Positions 24,580 through 33,691 of a DNA stretch of 36,311 bases are shown in pieces (within the stretch, counting starts at the first letter, position 1; every line of letters begins with the position of its first letter). The position numbers and the translations under genes were made by a program. Source of the stretch: Actinomycetota bacterium. GTDB taxonomy: Bacteria; Actinomycetota; Actinomycetes; S36-B12; UBA10799. The notes below the pieces were generated by a model that did no database searches, was not told where the DNA came from, and was given only the letters and a program-made list of their open reading frames with translations. The stretch is from positions 1-36,311 of the forward strand of contig JAUPKM010000286.1 in the NCBI GenBank assembly GCA_030837445.1, read 5' to 3'.

Positions 24580-25812
24580 TCAGCTGTAGCGGAGGTCGTA
24601 GCTCTTCGTCGTGAACGTCAGGCCGCCGGGAGCACCGGTGATCTCGTAACCGAACTGCTGCTGGCCGAGCGTCACGTCGCCCCACCAGCCGTTCGTCTTC
24701 AGCCACGTGAACAACGCGAGGAGATCGACAGTCCCGGACGTCGTGTCCGAGGTGCGGACGAACGAGTAGACGGCGTTGGAGCCGTTCGACCCCCGATAGA
24801 TGTTCCAGGTGTGGCCGCCGGCGGAGACGTTCGACGCGCTCGGGACCGCGCCGTTCGCGTCGTAGCTGCCCGCGATCGGACCGACCGCGCCCGCTTTGTT
24901 CATCCACACCATCACCTCGTAGGCGTTGTTGTCCGCCCACAGGTCATAAGCCGTCGAGTACGAGCCGCCGCTCGGCACCGAGACGTCGAAACTGCTGGTG
25001 AGGCTCTTCATCGAACTGAGTTTGCGGTTCAGGGTCAGCGAGGCGTTCGGGTACGACTTGACGCCGCTCGTCTCCGGATGGGTCGCGACCACCCTCCAGT
25101 TGCTGTGACCGTTCGCGCACAGCTGCTGGGTCCCGGCGCCGCCGCCCCAGATGTTGTTGTACAGCGTGTAGGAGCCGTCGGTGATCTTCGCCCACTGGTC
25201 CGACGAGCACTGCGCCCAGCTCCCGGCCGGACCGGTCGTCGACGCCGTCGCGGTGGTCGGCGCCGTCGTCCTGGTCGTCGCGGTCGTCCTGGCCGTCGCG
25301 GTCGTCGACGAGGAGGCACTCCCGCCGCCGTTGCCGCCGCTGCTGCTCCCGCAGGTGATGCCGTTCAGGGCGTACCGGGCGGGAGCCGGATTCGTCGTCC
25401 CCGTGGTCGTGCCGTGCACCCCGAACGACGTGGTGGTGCCCGAGGCGATCGACCCGTTGTAGTCGGCGTTCTTCGCCGTCACGGAGGACCCCTGCTGAAC
25501 GACCGTCGCGTTCCACGCCGAGTCGATCTTCTGGTCCCCGGGATACGTCCAGGTCAGCGTCCAGCCGTTGACGGCGGTCCCGGAGTTGGTGATCGTCACG
25601 TTCGCCACGAACCCGCCGGGCCACTGGGAGACCACCGCGTGGTCGACCCGGCAGGACACGGCGGCCGAGGCCGGGCTGCTCGCCGCGAGGCCGACAGGGA
25701 CTCCGATCGCGAGCGCCACGGTGCCAGCCACGAGAAGCCACCGGGAACGCCGTCCGGAAGATCGCCACCCGGTGGACCGGCGTCCGGACACGTGCGCAGC
25801 GGATAGATTCAT
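24580..25812 (-). CDS. Secreted endo-beta-1,4-glucanase: N-terminal CBM2 + Thr/Ala-rich linker + GH12 catalytic domain
   Basis: The signal peptide is followed by CRVDHAVVSQWPGGFVANVTITN...ALNGITC (CBM2 with flanking Cys) and a TTATARTTATTRTTAPTTATA linker. The GH12 region shows YEVMVWM, WNIY and QFGYEI. Start ATG 25812. Confidence 0.85.
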   Translation of the reverse strand: MNLSAAHVSGRRSTGWRSSGRRSRWLLVAGTVALAIGVPVGLAASSPASAAVSCRVDHAVVSQWPGGFVANVTITNSGTAVNGWTLTWTYPGDQKIDSAWNATVVQQGSSVTAKNADYNGSIASGTTTSFGVHGTTTGTTNPAPARYALNGITCGSSSGGNGGGSASSSTTATARTTATTRTTAPTTATASTTGPAGSWAQCSSDQWAKITDGSYTLYNNIWGGGAGTQQLCANGHSNWRVVATHPETSGVKSYPNASLTLNRKLSSMKSLTSSFDVSVPSGGSYSTAYDLWADNNAYEVMVWMNKAGAVGPIAGSYDANGAVPSASNVSAGGHTWNIYRGSNGSNAVYSFVRTSDTTSGTVDLLALFTWLKTNGWWGDVTLGQQQFGYEITGAPGGLTFTTKSYDLRYS

Positions 25813-25980
25813 GAACAACTCCAGGAGTACTCGGTGCTCACCACGAGCCGCCCACCGCACCGTCGTTCTCGTCCCGCCCTGCCTGACAGGGAAGGCGCGA
25901 TGGAGGGCTCCTCACACCCAGGTGTCGCCACCGAACCCGGTCAAGGTTGCTTTTCCGGCCCAGTAGATCCGTCGCACCAA

Positions 25981-26735
25981 CCCGAACGAGCCTCAGGCGA
26001 CCGAGTCGAGCCTGCGAGGCCGTTGGGGACGACGGCCGTGGTCATCCAGTGTTGGCCGGTCTGCACATGTCGCAGGCGGACCCACTTGCCGACCCGGACG
26101 GCGAACTCGGCCCGGGGGAACGCAGCGGCGTCCCGGACGACGAATCCCTCACTCGTCCGTGGGCCACGGCAGTTTCGCCAGACGCCGAGCAGATGCGCCT
26201 CGCTGACGAACGGACCCCGGTACAGGACAGGGACGAGCGCGAGACCGAGCAGCGCGCACCACTCCACAACGTCTCCCTCCACGCCCTCGGGGAACTCGCC
26301 CGCACCGGATCGGCGAGCGCGAGCACACCGAACCGGTCCGGCCGGTCCGCGCCGACGTCGTCCAGGACCAGACGGGCGTAGCCGACCCTGTCCTCGACGT
26401 CCCGGACGTCGTCACAGACACGGCCCCGGGCGTCGCAGTCCCACAGCGCCGCGAGCAGCCGGGGATCGGTGTCGTGCGTCATCCGCAGCGCCGCTCCCCG
26501 CAACAGGCGGTCTGCGGCATAGGCCCACATATGGTCACGGATCAACGCCTGCGTCCCGGCGAACGCCCCGAGCGGCAGGCAGGCCACCTCGGGATGGGTG
26601 TGGGCGATCTCGCCGAACAGGGCTGCACCGGCCAGGTCGTGCCCCCGCAGGGCGTTGGCGATCGCATCCACGCCGACGATCGTGCCTGTCCTCCCCCGTC
26701 GGCGGCCAGCGGTTTGTCACAGGTCTCGGTCGAGG
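25981..26735 (-). pseudogene. Decayed, internally deleted copy of the HD/kinase + RNA-ligase operon (paralogue of 33692..35721)
   Basis: Three colinear blocks match the intact copy at high nucleotide identity: about 25981-26273 with 33741-34027, about 26268-26647 with 35051-35430, and 26640-26735 with 35690-35785. The ligase KxDG region, the whole P-loop kinase domain and the HD motif are missing. Track ORFs 25941..26282 and 26042..26671 are the remnants. Confidence 0.85.
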
Positions 26736-27143
26736 TCCTTGACGAGCATGAGGAGACTCGTTGAGATCAAATCGCTACCAGGCGCGACACGGGCGGAGTC
26801 GATGATCCCTGCGACGACCGGCGAGGCACCCGGAAGTGGAATCCCGCAGAGCGGTGGCCGTCAGCAGCGTGCCGAACTGGTCCGGCGTGACCAGGTCCCA
26901 GCGAAACGGCAGACTCCCGGTGGCCTCCTCCACGCCCGCCATTCTGGCAGGAACCCCAACGCTTTCGTCAGGGCTGGAGCCAGCCATGATCCCGGCGCCA
27001 GCACTGCATCAGTCCAGAGCCCGCCTTCCCCCACCCCACCACGCAGGGTCACCGCGCAGCAGACGCCTCGCCGCGTCCAGAACGGCCAGATGAGGATGCA
27101 CCTCCTGCATCGGACGCGGAGGGCTGGGGTAGGCGCCGCCGTG

Positions 27144-27713
27144 TCAGGGGCGGTCGCCCTGAAGAATCTGCTGGATGTCCCACAGGTGGTGGAAGGCGTC
27201 GTGGCAGTTGTTGCGGGCCACATCCTCAGCGCGCTGTCGGCCCCTCCCCGCGTGATCCAGTTCGATGGCCTCGTGCAGCGCCGGACGAAGGACGCTGATC
27301 CACTCGCCCACAGCTTGGGAGGTCGACCAGACGACGGCAGCCAAGGGGAGAGCCGAGTAACCCCGCGCCACCGCAAGAGCATCCGGGTCGTATCCACCCA
27401 CATGGGGCTGTCCGGTGAGCCGCACGGCCTGCACCCGCTCCGCCCATTGACGCAGGTTGTCGCCGATGTGGCCCACGTACTCGACGACCGACCAGCCACC
27501 GCTTCCACGGCGCTTCAGCCCATCGGGCGGCAACGCGGCGGCATCCAACAACGACGACAGCCGCGAGATCCACATGATGGCGTCTTCGGGTGTCAACAAC
27601 CAGTCGAACCCGCACTCGCGGCAGGGACTGCCGTACCGGTCCGCACCCCAGGACTCCACGCCGCCACCGTACCTGCCAGGGCCATCGCAGCCGACCCGCC
27701 CGGCTCGCGGCAT
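27144..27713 (-). CDS. DinB-family (DinB_2-like) protein
   Basis: C-terminal 189 aa of the track ORF: CRECGFDW..., VEYVGHIGDNLRQWAERV, NNCHDAFHHLWDI (His-rich metal-site pattern of the DinB fold). The upstream 190 aa of the ORF is Arg/Ser/Pro-rich and overlaps the GmrSD 3' end. Confidence 0.5.
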   Translation of the reverse strand: MPRAGRVGCDGPGRYGGGVESWGADRYGSPCRECGFDWLLTPEDAIMWISRLSSLLDAAALPPDGLKRRGSGGWSVVEYVGHIGDNLRQWAERVQAVRLTGQPHVGGYDPDALAVARGYSALPLAAVVWSTSQAVGEWISVLRPALHEAIELDHAGRGRQRAEDVARNNCHDAFHHLWDIQQILQGDRP

Positions 27714-27825
27714 GACCGGACGCCATGCCGTACCCGCCTGCGGCATCCCCCTGTGTGAGGTCGGCCTCGGTCGAAGTGCCTTGCCACTCCGACATGGACT
27801 CCACGTGGGCCGGCGGCCTGCTTCG

Positions 27826-30123
27826 TCAGCGGCACCCGCGTGCGCTTCTCCATCGCGTCGCGAACTCCTCGCTGACCGCCCAGTACCAGTCGGATCCGAT
27901 CTTGGTGTATTCGACAGGTGGGTTGGCTCTCCCAAAGCTCCCCCGGGCCTTGAGCGTGAGGGCACCGAGGGCAGATGGTGCGTGCCGTGCCGACTGGAAC
28001 ACGCCTGCCGCGAGGAAATCGGCGTTGCGCCACCACTTGCCCGGCTCCGCGGACAGCGTGTCGAGAACGGTCCGCATCGATTCGCCAGCCTCTGTCGCGA
28101 GGCGTTCGACGTCGAGGCCGGACCAGGGCTTCGCGTCGAGTTCTCCGATCGGCAGTGCCGTGGCGGCCTCGCTCGCAGCCTCGTGAACTTCAAGATCGGG
28201 ACCCGGCCATACCTCGCAGATCGCCGTAGCCAGCGCCGCGGAGCGCTCGCGCACGTCTTCTTCGGTCCAAGCGTCGAGATGACCATCGAGGATCTTCTTG
28301 TTCAGGACCAGCAGGCTGAACTTCTCGAGGAGTCTCCGCTTCCCGACACCCGGGAGGCCGCCGTCCGTAATCCCCGACGCATCGGCGTCAGTCCAGGGGC
28401 GGTTCGAGAGCGAACCGTTGAGCGACTTCGTGACCAGCGTGAGGTTGCCGATGGTGTTGACGAGTACGTCGCGTTGTGCCGCAGCCTCCGGACCGAGTCT
28501 CGGCTCAGGGTCCCAGTGCGCGCGCCAGCCTTGAGGCATTACATGTTCGATCTCGAGCGCAGGAGGGAGGGTCACCGCCTCGTGCATCGAGTTCTGACCT
28601 CGCCAGTGCTGCTCCACGGCGCCGAGCACTACGCGGAGTCGGTCCTGCCGGAGATTGCCATACAACCGGCTCGACGGGAGCGAGGCGGTAAGCCGCGCAT
28701 CGGACGGCCAGATCCGCGTCTCGGCGGTCTGCTGCGACAGGAAGGTCACGATCTGCTCGCCGGCTTGCTCGGGCTCTGAGTCATCGAGCATCTTGAGCGT
28801 CGCGACGGCGAACTTGTTCATATCTTTCGTCGGCATCCTTAACAGAGTGCGACGGATCACCCAGCTCTCTAACGACTCGAGGCCCGTACGCATCTGACCG
28901 ACGGGGATACCATGGTTCTTGGACAACAACCAGAGGAATACCGGGGTAGTGACGGCAAGTTCGAGCCGTTCAATGACTCGCGAGTAGTACCGTCCCTCCG
29001 GGGTATTCTCGTCGAGCTGCGCAAGGTTGCGATAGGTATCCGCATCGCGGCGAAGTTCCGCCAGAAAACCGTCCGCGGCCGCCACGTTGTTCATACGCGG
29101 CTCGGCATACTCTACAAAAACCCGAAAAGTGTGTTCGGCCTTGAGTTCCTCCTGACGACGCATCGTCAACCAGTACTGTAAGAAAATGTCGATGCGTGAC
29201 CGACTGAGCCTGCCCTGGCGGATCTCTTCACGCCACCACACGCCGTCGAACTCGGCCCATCGGCGCTCAGCCCACGCCGTGACGTCAGCACCGAGCCTCT
29301 CGCCCTTGCGGAACACCCAGTTCTTGACGAGGTCGGCCTTGAGCAGAGGCGTCCCCCGGTCGTTGAGCGTCTCGAAGATCAACTGAGCGTCGTCATGACC
29401 GGCCAGGTTGATGGCCACCAGAACCAGACGGTCCTCAAGGGTCGAGCTCAGCGCCTCAACACGCAGCGCCTCGTCACCAGGGGGTATCACGCCGTCTTCG
29501 TCTGCGACGCCACCGATCCACCGCTCAGCCTCTTGCTTGAAGAAGCGATGTGCGTCGATGATTCGATGCTCGCCCGACCACTCGCCAGCATGGTCCATCG
29601 CATATTCGAACGCGCCCCGGTCGGCCTGCGAGGGCCACAGCTTGAAGCGCTCGCGTTTCCCCATGAACTTTGTTGCCGCGTTGAGAATCAACCCTCCGAG
29701 CGACTCAGCGACGTCGTCATGGCCGCGGCGTTCAACGACCTCTTGCGCCGCATCGAGAAGCAACTGAATCGTCATCATTCGCTGCTGACCGTCAATGACG
29801 TCATGCCGCGTCACATCACCTGCGACCGGCTTTCTCGACTCGTAAACAACGGCCCCGAGGAAATGGTGGCCCTCCGGAACCGCATCAGGATCCGCAGACT
29901 TCGCGGCAATGTAGTCCTCGGCGACCCGCACGACATCGTCCCAGAGAGGCGCCCACTGGTCTTCCTCGCTCCACACATACGGGCGCTGGAACGCCGGGAT
30001 CTCATAGTGCTCCTTGCCCCCAAAGAGATCACGCGGGCTCAGTGCATTGGCCTCCAACGCCAACCTCCTACACCTGTCGTACCACAGACGGACGGTCGAG
30101 GTCATCTTCTCATCGACGCTCAT
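27826..30123 (-). CDS. GmrSD-type DUF262 + DUF1524 nuclease (putative modification-dependent type IV restriction enzyme) with an extra about 170-aa C-terminal region
   Basis: DUF262 motifs YEIPAFQRPYVWS and VIDGQQRMMTIQLLLD. DUF1524 His-Me-type motifs LEIEHVMPQGW ... VNTIGNLTLVTKSLNGSLSNRPW. Local GC falls to about 52% (line 29101). Confidence 0.85.
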   Translation of the reverse strand: MSVDEKMTSTVRLWYDRCRRLALEANALSPRDLFGGKEHYEIPAFQRPYVWSEEDQWAPLWDDVVRVAEDYIAAKSADPDAVPEGHHFLGAVVYESRKPVAGDVTRHDVIDGQQRMMTIQLLLDAAQEVVERRGHDDVAESLGGLILNAATKFMGKRERFKLWPSQADRGAFEYAMDHAGEWSGEHRIIDAHRFFKQEAERWIGGVADEDGVIPPGDEALRVEALSSTLEDRLVLVAINLAGHDDAQLIFETLNDRGTPLLKADLVKNWVFRKGERLGADVTAWAERRWAEFDGVWWREEIRQGRLSRSRIDIFLQYWLTMRRQEELKAEHTFRVFVEYAEPRMNNVAAADGFLAELRRDADTYRNLAQLDENTPEGRYYSRVIERLELAVTTPVFLWLLSKNHGIPVGQMRTGLESLESWVIRRTLLRMPTKDMNKFAVATLKMLDDSEPEQAGEQIVTFLSQQTAETRIWPSDARLTASLPSSRLYGNLRQDRLRVVLGAVEQHWRGQNSMHEAVTLPPALEIEHVMPQGWRAHWDPEPRLGPEAAAQRDVLVNTIGNLTLVTKSLNGSLSNRPWTDADASGITDGGLPGVGKRRLLEKFSLLVLNKKILDGHLDAWTEEDVRERSAALATAICEVWPGPDLEVHEAASEAATALPIGELDAKPWSGLDVERLATEAGESMRTVLDTLSAEPGKWWRNADFLAAGVFQSARHAPSALGALTLKARGSFGRANPPVEYTKIGSDWYWAVSEEFATRWRSARGCR

Positions 30124-30371
30124 GGCAAGTCCTCACCTGGAGCACAATCGGCCCCGTCCGCGTCGCAGCCACCAAGCAGGTGCCTTAAGACTTCGGCGGA
30201 GTCGTGCCCGTTCACGACCGCGAGATGGGCGGCGTAGAAGGGCTTGGCTGGCGCCGCCGCCGTTCCGACCCCGGGCGGCGGAGAGGTCGCGCCGAACTCG
30301 AGGGCGGCGTCCAGCGCGACCTCGTCCAGGACGTCCGATCGGTGCCGGCCTTGGAGCGCCGCGTCCACCAA
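30120..30371 (-). CDS. Small hypothetical ORF overlapping the GmrSD start (ATGA)
   Basis: 83 aa with a GTG start and high third-position GC in its first two thirds. The stop overlaps the GmrSD ATG. No recognisable family. Confidence 0.3.
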   Translation of the reverse strand: MVDAALQGRHRSDVLDEVALDAALEFGATSPPPGVGTAAAPAKPFYAAHLAVVNGHDSAEVLRHLLGGCDADGADCAPGEDLP

Positions 30372-30399
30372 CCGGCGCTGAAGGCCCCTGGCCGGGCTG

Positions 30400-30813
30400 T
30401 CAGGGCAGCCGGAGGGTCTCTACGGCTTGGCCTGTGATGCTGGCGATCAGGTCGAAGTCCTTGTCATTGTGGAGCACGGTCAGCCCCGATCGTTCGGCGA
30501 CTGCGGCGATGAGGAGATCGGGTATGGAGGGTGCCCGGTGCATGCCACGATCGGCCAGGGCTTGCTGGACCTCGACGGCGCGCCGCTCGGCGGCTGGCGT
30601 CATGCATTCCACGGGGAGCAGTGAGAGCGGGGGCCGTTGTGATGACGCGCGCAGCTCGGGGCCGGACCGGGCCGAGAACCCGACCTCCAACAGGGTCACC
30701 GTGGTGACGTGCAGCAGGCCGCGACTGATGCGGTCGGCCCAGGCCTGGGCATCCGGGCTGGCCGAAAGCCGGACCAAGGCCGACTTGTCGACCAGCCACG
30801 CCGTCAGCGCCAC
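30400..30813 (-). CDS. vapC: Type II toxin, PIN-domain ribonuclease VapC
   Basis: 137 aa with PIN acidic residues in context: [26 protein letters not shown]. It overlaps the upstream antitoxin gene by 10 nt. Confidence 0.85.
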   Translation of the reverse strand: MALTAWLVDKSALVRLSASPDAQAWADRISRGLLHVTTVTLLEVGFSARSGPELRASSQRPPLSLLPVECMTPAAERRAVEVQQALADRGMHRAPSIPDLLIAAVAERSGLTVLHNDKDFDLIASITGQAVETLRLP

Positions 30814-31022
30814 GCGTCGTCCATGACAGCAGGGTCGGCGAGGTCGGAGAAGATGTCCTCGAAGCTGGCCAGCTCAGCCACGGTGACGCTGTGGCCGGTC
30901 CGGGCGGTGGCCTGGGTGAGGATCCGGCGGAGGTACTCGCTCCGCGACAGGCCGAGGCGCTCGGCATCGGCGTCGAGCGCGGACACCACGTTCTCAGGGA
31001 TGTCCCTGACGAGTAGGTTCAT
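30804..31022 (-). CDS. vapB: Type II antitoxin, ribbon-helix-helix VapB/FitA-like
   Basis: [35 protein letters not shown] (RHH). The track ORF begins at GTG 31031; ATG 31022 is more likely. Confidence 0.8.
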   Translation of the reverse strand: MNLLVRDIPENVVSALDADAERLGLSRSEYLRRILTQATARTGHSVTVAELASFEDIFSDLADPAVMDDAWR

Positions 31023-31039
31023 CTCAACCACCTCCCATG

Positions 31040-31058
31040 CGATATCTCACGATATCAC
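31040..31058. promoter_or_regulatory. Direct repeat of CGATATC(T/A)C containing two GATATC palindromes, just upstream of vapB (candidate antitoxin operator)
   Basis: cgatatctc a cgatatcac read directly. The position is anchored by the +ORF ATG at 31037. Confidence 0.3.
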
Positions 31059-31494
31059 TCCGCAGTCAGTGGGCACCAACAACGCAGGACCTGGACCGCA
31101 GGCGCCGGATCGTGCCAGCCAGCCGCGATACCTGTCATCCGATAGGCACCACGTCGGAAGAATCTTGTCTTCATAACCACTGGCATCTTCCTGATCCTTC
31201 ACACCTTCACCCTGACCAGGCATGACAAAAGGGTCAGGAAGATGACCCACCTGATTCGTGGTGCTTTATCCGATTGGATCGTCGCGGAGTCCGCCCTTTC
31301 CGCACCCCTCGCACTGTTGACAGCGCCTGACCCAGCCGTGTCCACCCCAAGCACACTCCGATACGGACGGGCCGCTCCCCCGACACGAGACTCGCGGCAT
31401 GATCGGGCGAGCGTAGCCACCCTCACCGTGGCAGAAGCGGACGATGCTTCTCGTGGACTACGTGCAGAGCTTGGTCCGACCGTGAGCCCCGGCG

Positions 31495-31995
31495 TCAGCC
31501 ACTGGACCGGATGGACAGCGTCACGTGCTCGGTGAACTTCCTCGGCTCGCGCTGGATGTCCACGAGCAAGGTACCCGTCGGCACGTGGGCTACCCGCTTG
31601 TTCTCGAGATCGCCGATGGCCAGCCGACCTGAGGGGCAGTCCAGTTGCCCAGTGAACTCCGCCGGGGTGTCAAGTTCCCGACCGACGACGGTCACCGTGA
31701 CCTGCGCCGGCGGGATCGGCTCGTTCGGGTCGGTGTCTTCGGGGATCTCGACGTCCGCACCGTGAAGGACGGGGACCGCGATCATGGTCGTCGAGGCGCT
31801 GATGTCATCGTCGCCGGTGATGTCCGGGATCTCGACGTCAGCCTCGGCGTCGTAGATCGTCAACAAGCCCCATACGAACGGCTGTATCCAGCGCTGGTCG
31901 TCGACGGCCCCGAGCAGCTTCATAACGATCTCGCACGCTACCTCACGTCGCACTGTTGCGAACAGGGCCGCCAGCTTCACACGCGGCCTCGTCAC
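31495..31995 (-). CDS. Hypothetical acidic protein with an internal ADVEIP(D/E) repeat
   Basis: 166-aa ORF containing EADVEIPDITGDDD and GADVEIPEDTDPNE. No recognisable family. The start is uncertain (M1 or M25). Confidence 0.4.
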   Translation of the reverse strand: MTRPRVKLAALFATVRREVACEIVMKLLGAVDDQRWIQPFVWGLLTIYDAEADVEIPDITGDDDISASTTMIAVPVLHGADVEIPEDTDPNEPIPPAQVTVTVVGRELDTPAEFTGQLDCPSGRLAIGDLENKRVAHVPTGTLLVDIQREPRKFTEHVTLSIRSSG

Positions 31996-32250
31996 ACCGA
32001 GGCGTCTCGCGGCAGTTCCGGACGGCGCTTACGCCGCGACGCTGAGCTCGTGGATCGGCCTGTCAGCCTCGACGGCACGGACGCTTCGCCGGAGGTGCTC
32101 AGGCAGTCGGTTCCGATGCTGATGCTATGTCGCGCGAGGGCGCTTCATCGTTCGACATCAGGTAGGAATCACCTGCCGGGCCGCTCATCTGGCGCGGCCC
32201 CAGAGACATGGACGTGCGCATCCGCTCGGTGGCATCTCCGGATGCTGACA

Positions 32251-33543
32251 TCAATCGGCGGTGATGTTCGACGGGGTGGGTCGCCATAGATGGTCGATCG
32301 GCATGACGTGGATGCGGTCGGACTGGGTGTACGTGCGCCGGCCGGTGGTGAGAACGATTCCGGCGCGGAACCGGGATCCGAGGGCGTCGCGTAGTTGTCG
32401 GAGGCCGGATACGTCTGTGCCAGCAATCCTCTGGTTCGCCTTGACCTCGAAGGCGAGGACTTGTCCGTCGTCGAACTCCGCGACGAGGTCGACCTCCGTC
32501 CCGTCGCTGGTCCGCCAGTGCCCGAGCGTGATCTGCTCGTCGAGCCAGGACGCCTGTTTGCGTAGTTCGCCGACCACGAAGGTCTCCAGCAGGTTTCCGA
32601 AGTCGGTGAGCGCGGCCGGATCCAGGGTTGCGAGCCTGGATGGGGTGAGACGCAGCAGCCGGGCTGCCAGGCCCGAGTCGACCAGGTGGACCTTCGGTCG
32701 CACGCTCACCCGCGAACGCAAGGTCTTACCCCAGCCCGGCAGGCGGACCACCAGGAAGAGGTCCTCCAGCAACCGCAGGTGAGCCTCTGCGGTCTTGCGT
32801 TCCACACCGATAGCTTCCGCAACCTTGGTGATGTTGAGTAACTGCCCGGTCTGGGAGGCCAGGCGGGTCAGCAGTTCCACGAGCGACTGTCGCTGACGCA
32901 CCCTGCTCAGTTCGAGGGCGTCCCGCTCGACGGACTGGCGGACGAAGTCGTCGAACCAGCGCGCCCGGGCCGTCTGTGACCGGCGCACGGCAAGGGGAAG
33001 CCCACCTGCGCAGACCCTGGCGGCATAGTCCTCGCGAGTAGTGTCCGAGGCAGGATGCCGGGCCACGACCTGGTCGGGTTCTGCGCGGAGGGCCTCCAGG
33101 AAGTTCTCATTGCTGGCTTCGAGTTCCCCTTGCGACAACGGCCAGATCGTGACGGTGTGGAGCCTGCCGGTCAAAGCCTGCGCCGTCGAGGGCAGCGCGT
33201 CCTGACGGGTCGAACCGGTGATCACGGCGAGGCCGGGACGGCTGCCTTCGCGGTTCAGGCGCGTCTTGATCGCATCCAGAACCTCCGGGACCCGTTGGTA
33301 CTCGTCGATGCACAGCGGAGCCTTGCCAGCGATGACCGCCCCAAGGTTCCCTGCGACCGCATCCCGCACCTCGATGTCGTCCAGGTCGATCACCTCGACG
33401 CCGTACTCGTGCGCCAGAATCCGCAACACGGTCGACTTGCCCACCGACCGTGGCCCGTGCAGGGCGATGACCGGTTCTTCCGTCACCAAGCGCGTCAAGA
33501 CCCCGCTCACACGCCTCGCGATCAACCCCGACTCTGCCGACAT
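32251..33543 (-). CDS. AAA-family ATP-binding protein (AAA_14 + DUF4143 architecture)
   Basis: 430 aa with Walker A LHGPRSVGKST and Walker B-like CIDEYQRV. The C-terminal region (WRTSDGTEVDLV...FEVK) is typical of the DUF4143 restriction-endonuclease-like fold. Confidence 0.8.
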   Translation of the reverse strand: MSAESGLIARRVSGVLTRLVTEEPVIALHGPRSVGKSTVLRILAHEYGVEVIDLDDIEVRDAVAGNLGAVIAGKAPLCIDEYQRVPEVLDAIKTRLNREGSRPGLAVITGSTRQDALPSTAQALTGRLHTVTIWPLSQGELEASNENFLEALRAEPDQVVARHPASDTTREDYAARVCAGGLPLAVRRSQTARARWFDDFVRQSVERDALELSRVRQRQSLVELLTRLASQTGQLLNITKVAEAIGVERKTAEAHLRLLEDLFLVVRLPGWGKTLRSRVSVRPKVHLVDSGLAARLLRLTPSRLATLDPAALTDFGNLLETFVVGELRKQASWLDEQITLGHWRTSDGTEVDLVAEFDDGQVLAFEVKANQRIAGTDVSGLRQLRDALGSRFRAGIVLTTGRRTYTQSDRIHVMPIDHLWRPTPSNITAD

Positions 33544-33576
33544 GAGATCAAACTACCAGACGTGAGCCACCTGATC

Positions 33577-33640
33577 ACCCAAACATGAGCACACGAACTA
33601 TACTTATCTGAGGCAGTCAACTACCCAAACATGAACACAC
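33577..33640. repeat. Two copies of an 18-bp direct repeat (acccaaacatga[g/a]cacac), 46 bp apart, upstream of the AAA/DUF4143 gene
   Basis: The copies lie at 33577-33594 and 33623-33640 with one mismatch, in a locally AT-richer 148-bp intergenic region. The position is anchored by the ATG at 33543. Confidence 0.7.
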
Positions 33641-33691
33641 TCATTTCGGCAGATTCGTGATCATCCGACCACCTGCCAACGCAGCCACCGG

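Noticed and set aside
25901-25912. A possible CebR-type operator (the consensus I recall is TGGGAGCGCTCCCA) upstream of the GH12 cellulase gene: tggagggctcct
   Set aside because: Only a 4+4 bp GGAG/CTCC palindrome is present, and alignment to the consensus needs indels. It is too weak to call.
25941-26671. Track ORFs 25941..26282 and 26042..26671 as intact small genes (an RNA ligase-like gene and an HD-like gene)
   Set aside because: They align to internally deleted parts of 33692..35721 and lack the KxDG, P-loop and HD motifs. One of them reads out of frame through ligase-derived DNA. They are treated as pseudogene remnants.
27714-28286. The N-terminal 190 aa of track ORF 27144..28286 as part of the DinB-like protein
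   Set aside because: The sequence is Arg/Ser/Pro-rich, overlaps the 3' end of the GmrSD gene in another frame, and shows no DinB-like features. The start is set at the internal ATG (27713 by codon arithmetic).
30378-30405. An imperfect GC-rich hairpin around the vapC stop (ccgggctg tcaggg cagccgg) as an intrinsic terminator
   Set aside because: The stem has only 7-8 bp with a bulge, there is no U-tract, and it overlaps coding sequence. Such structures arise by chance in high-GC DNA.
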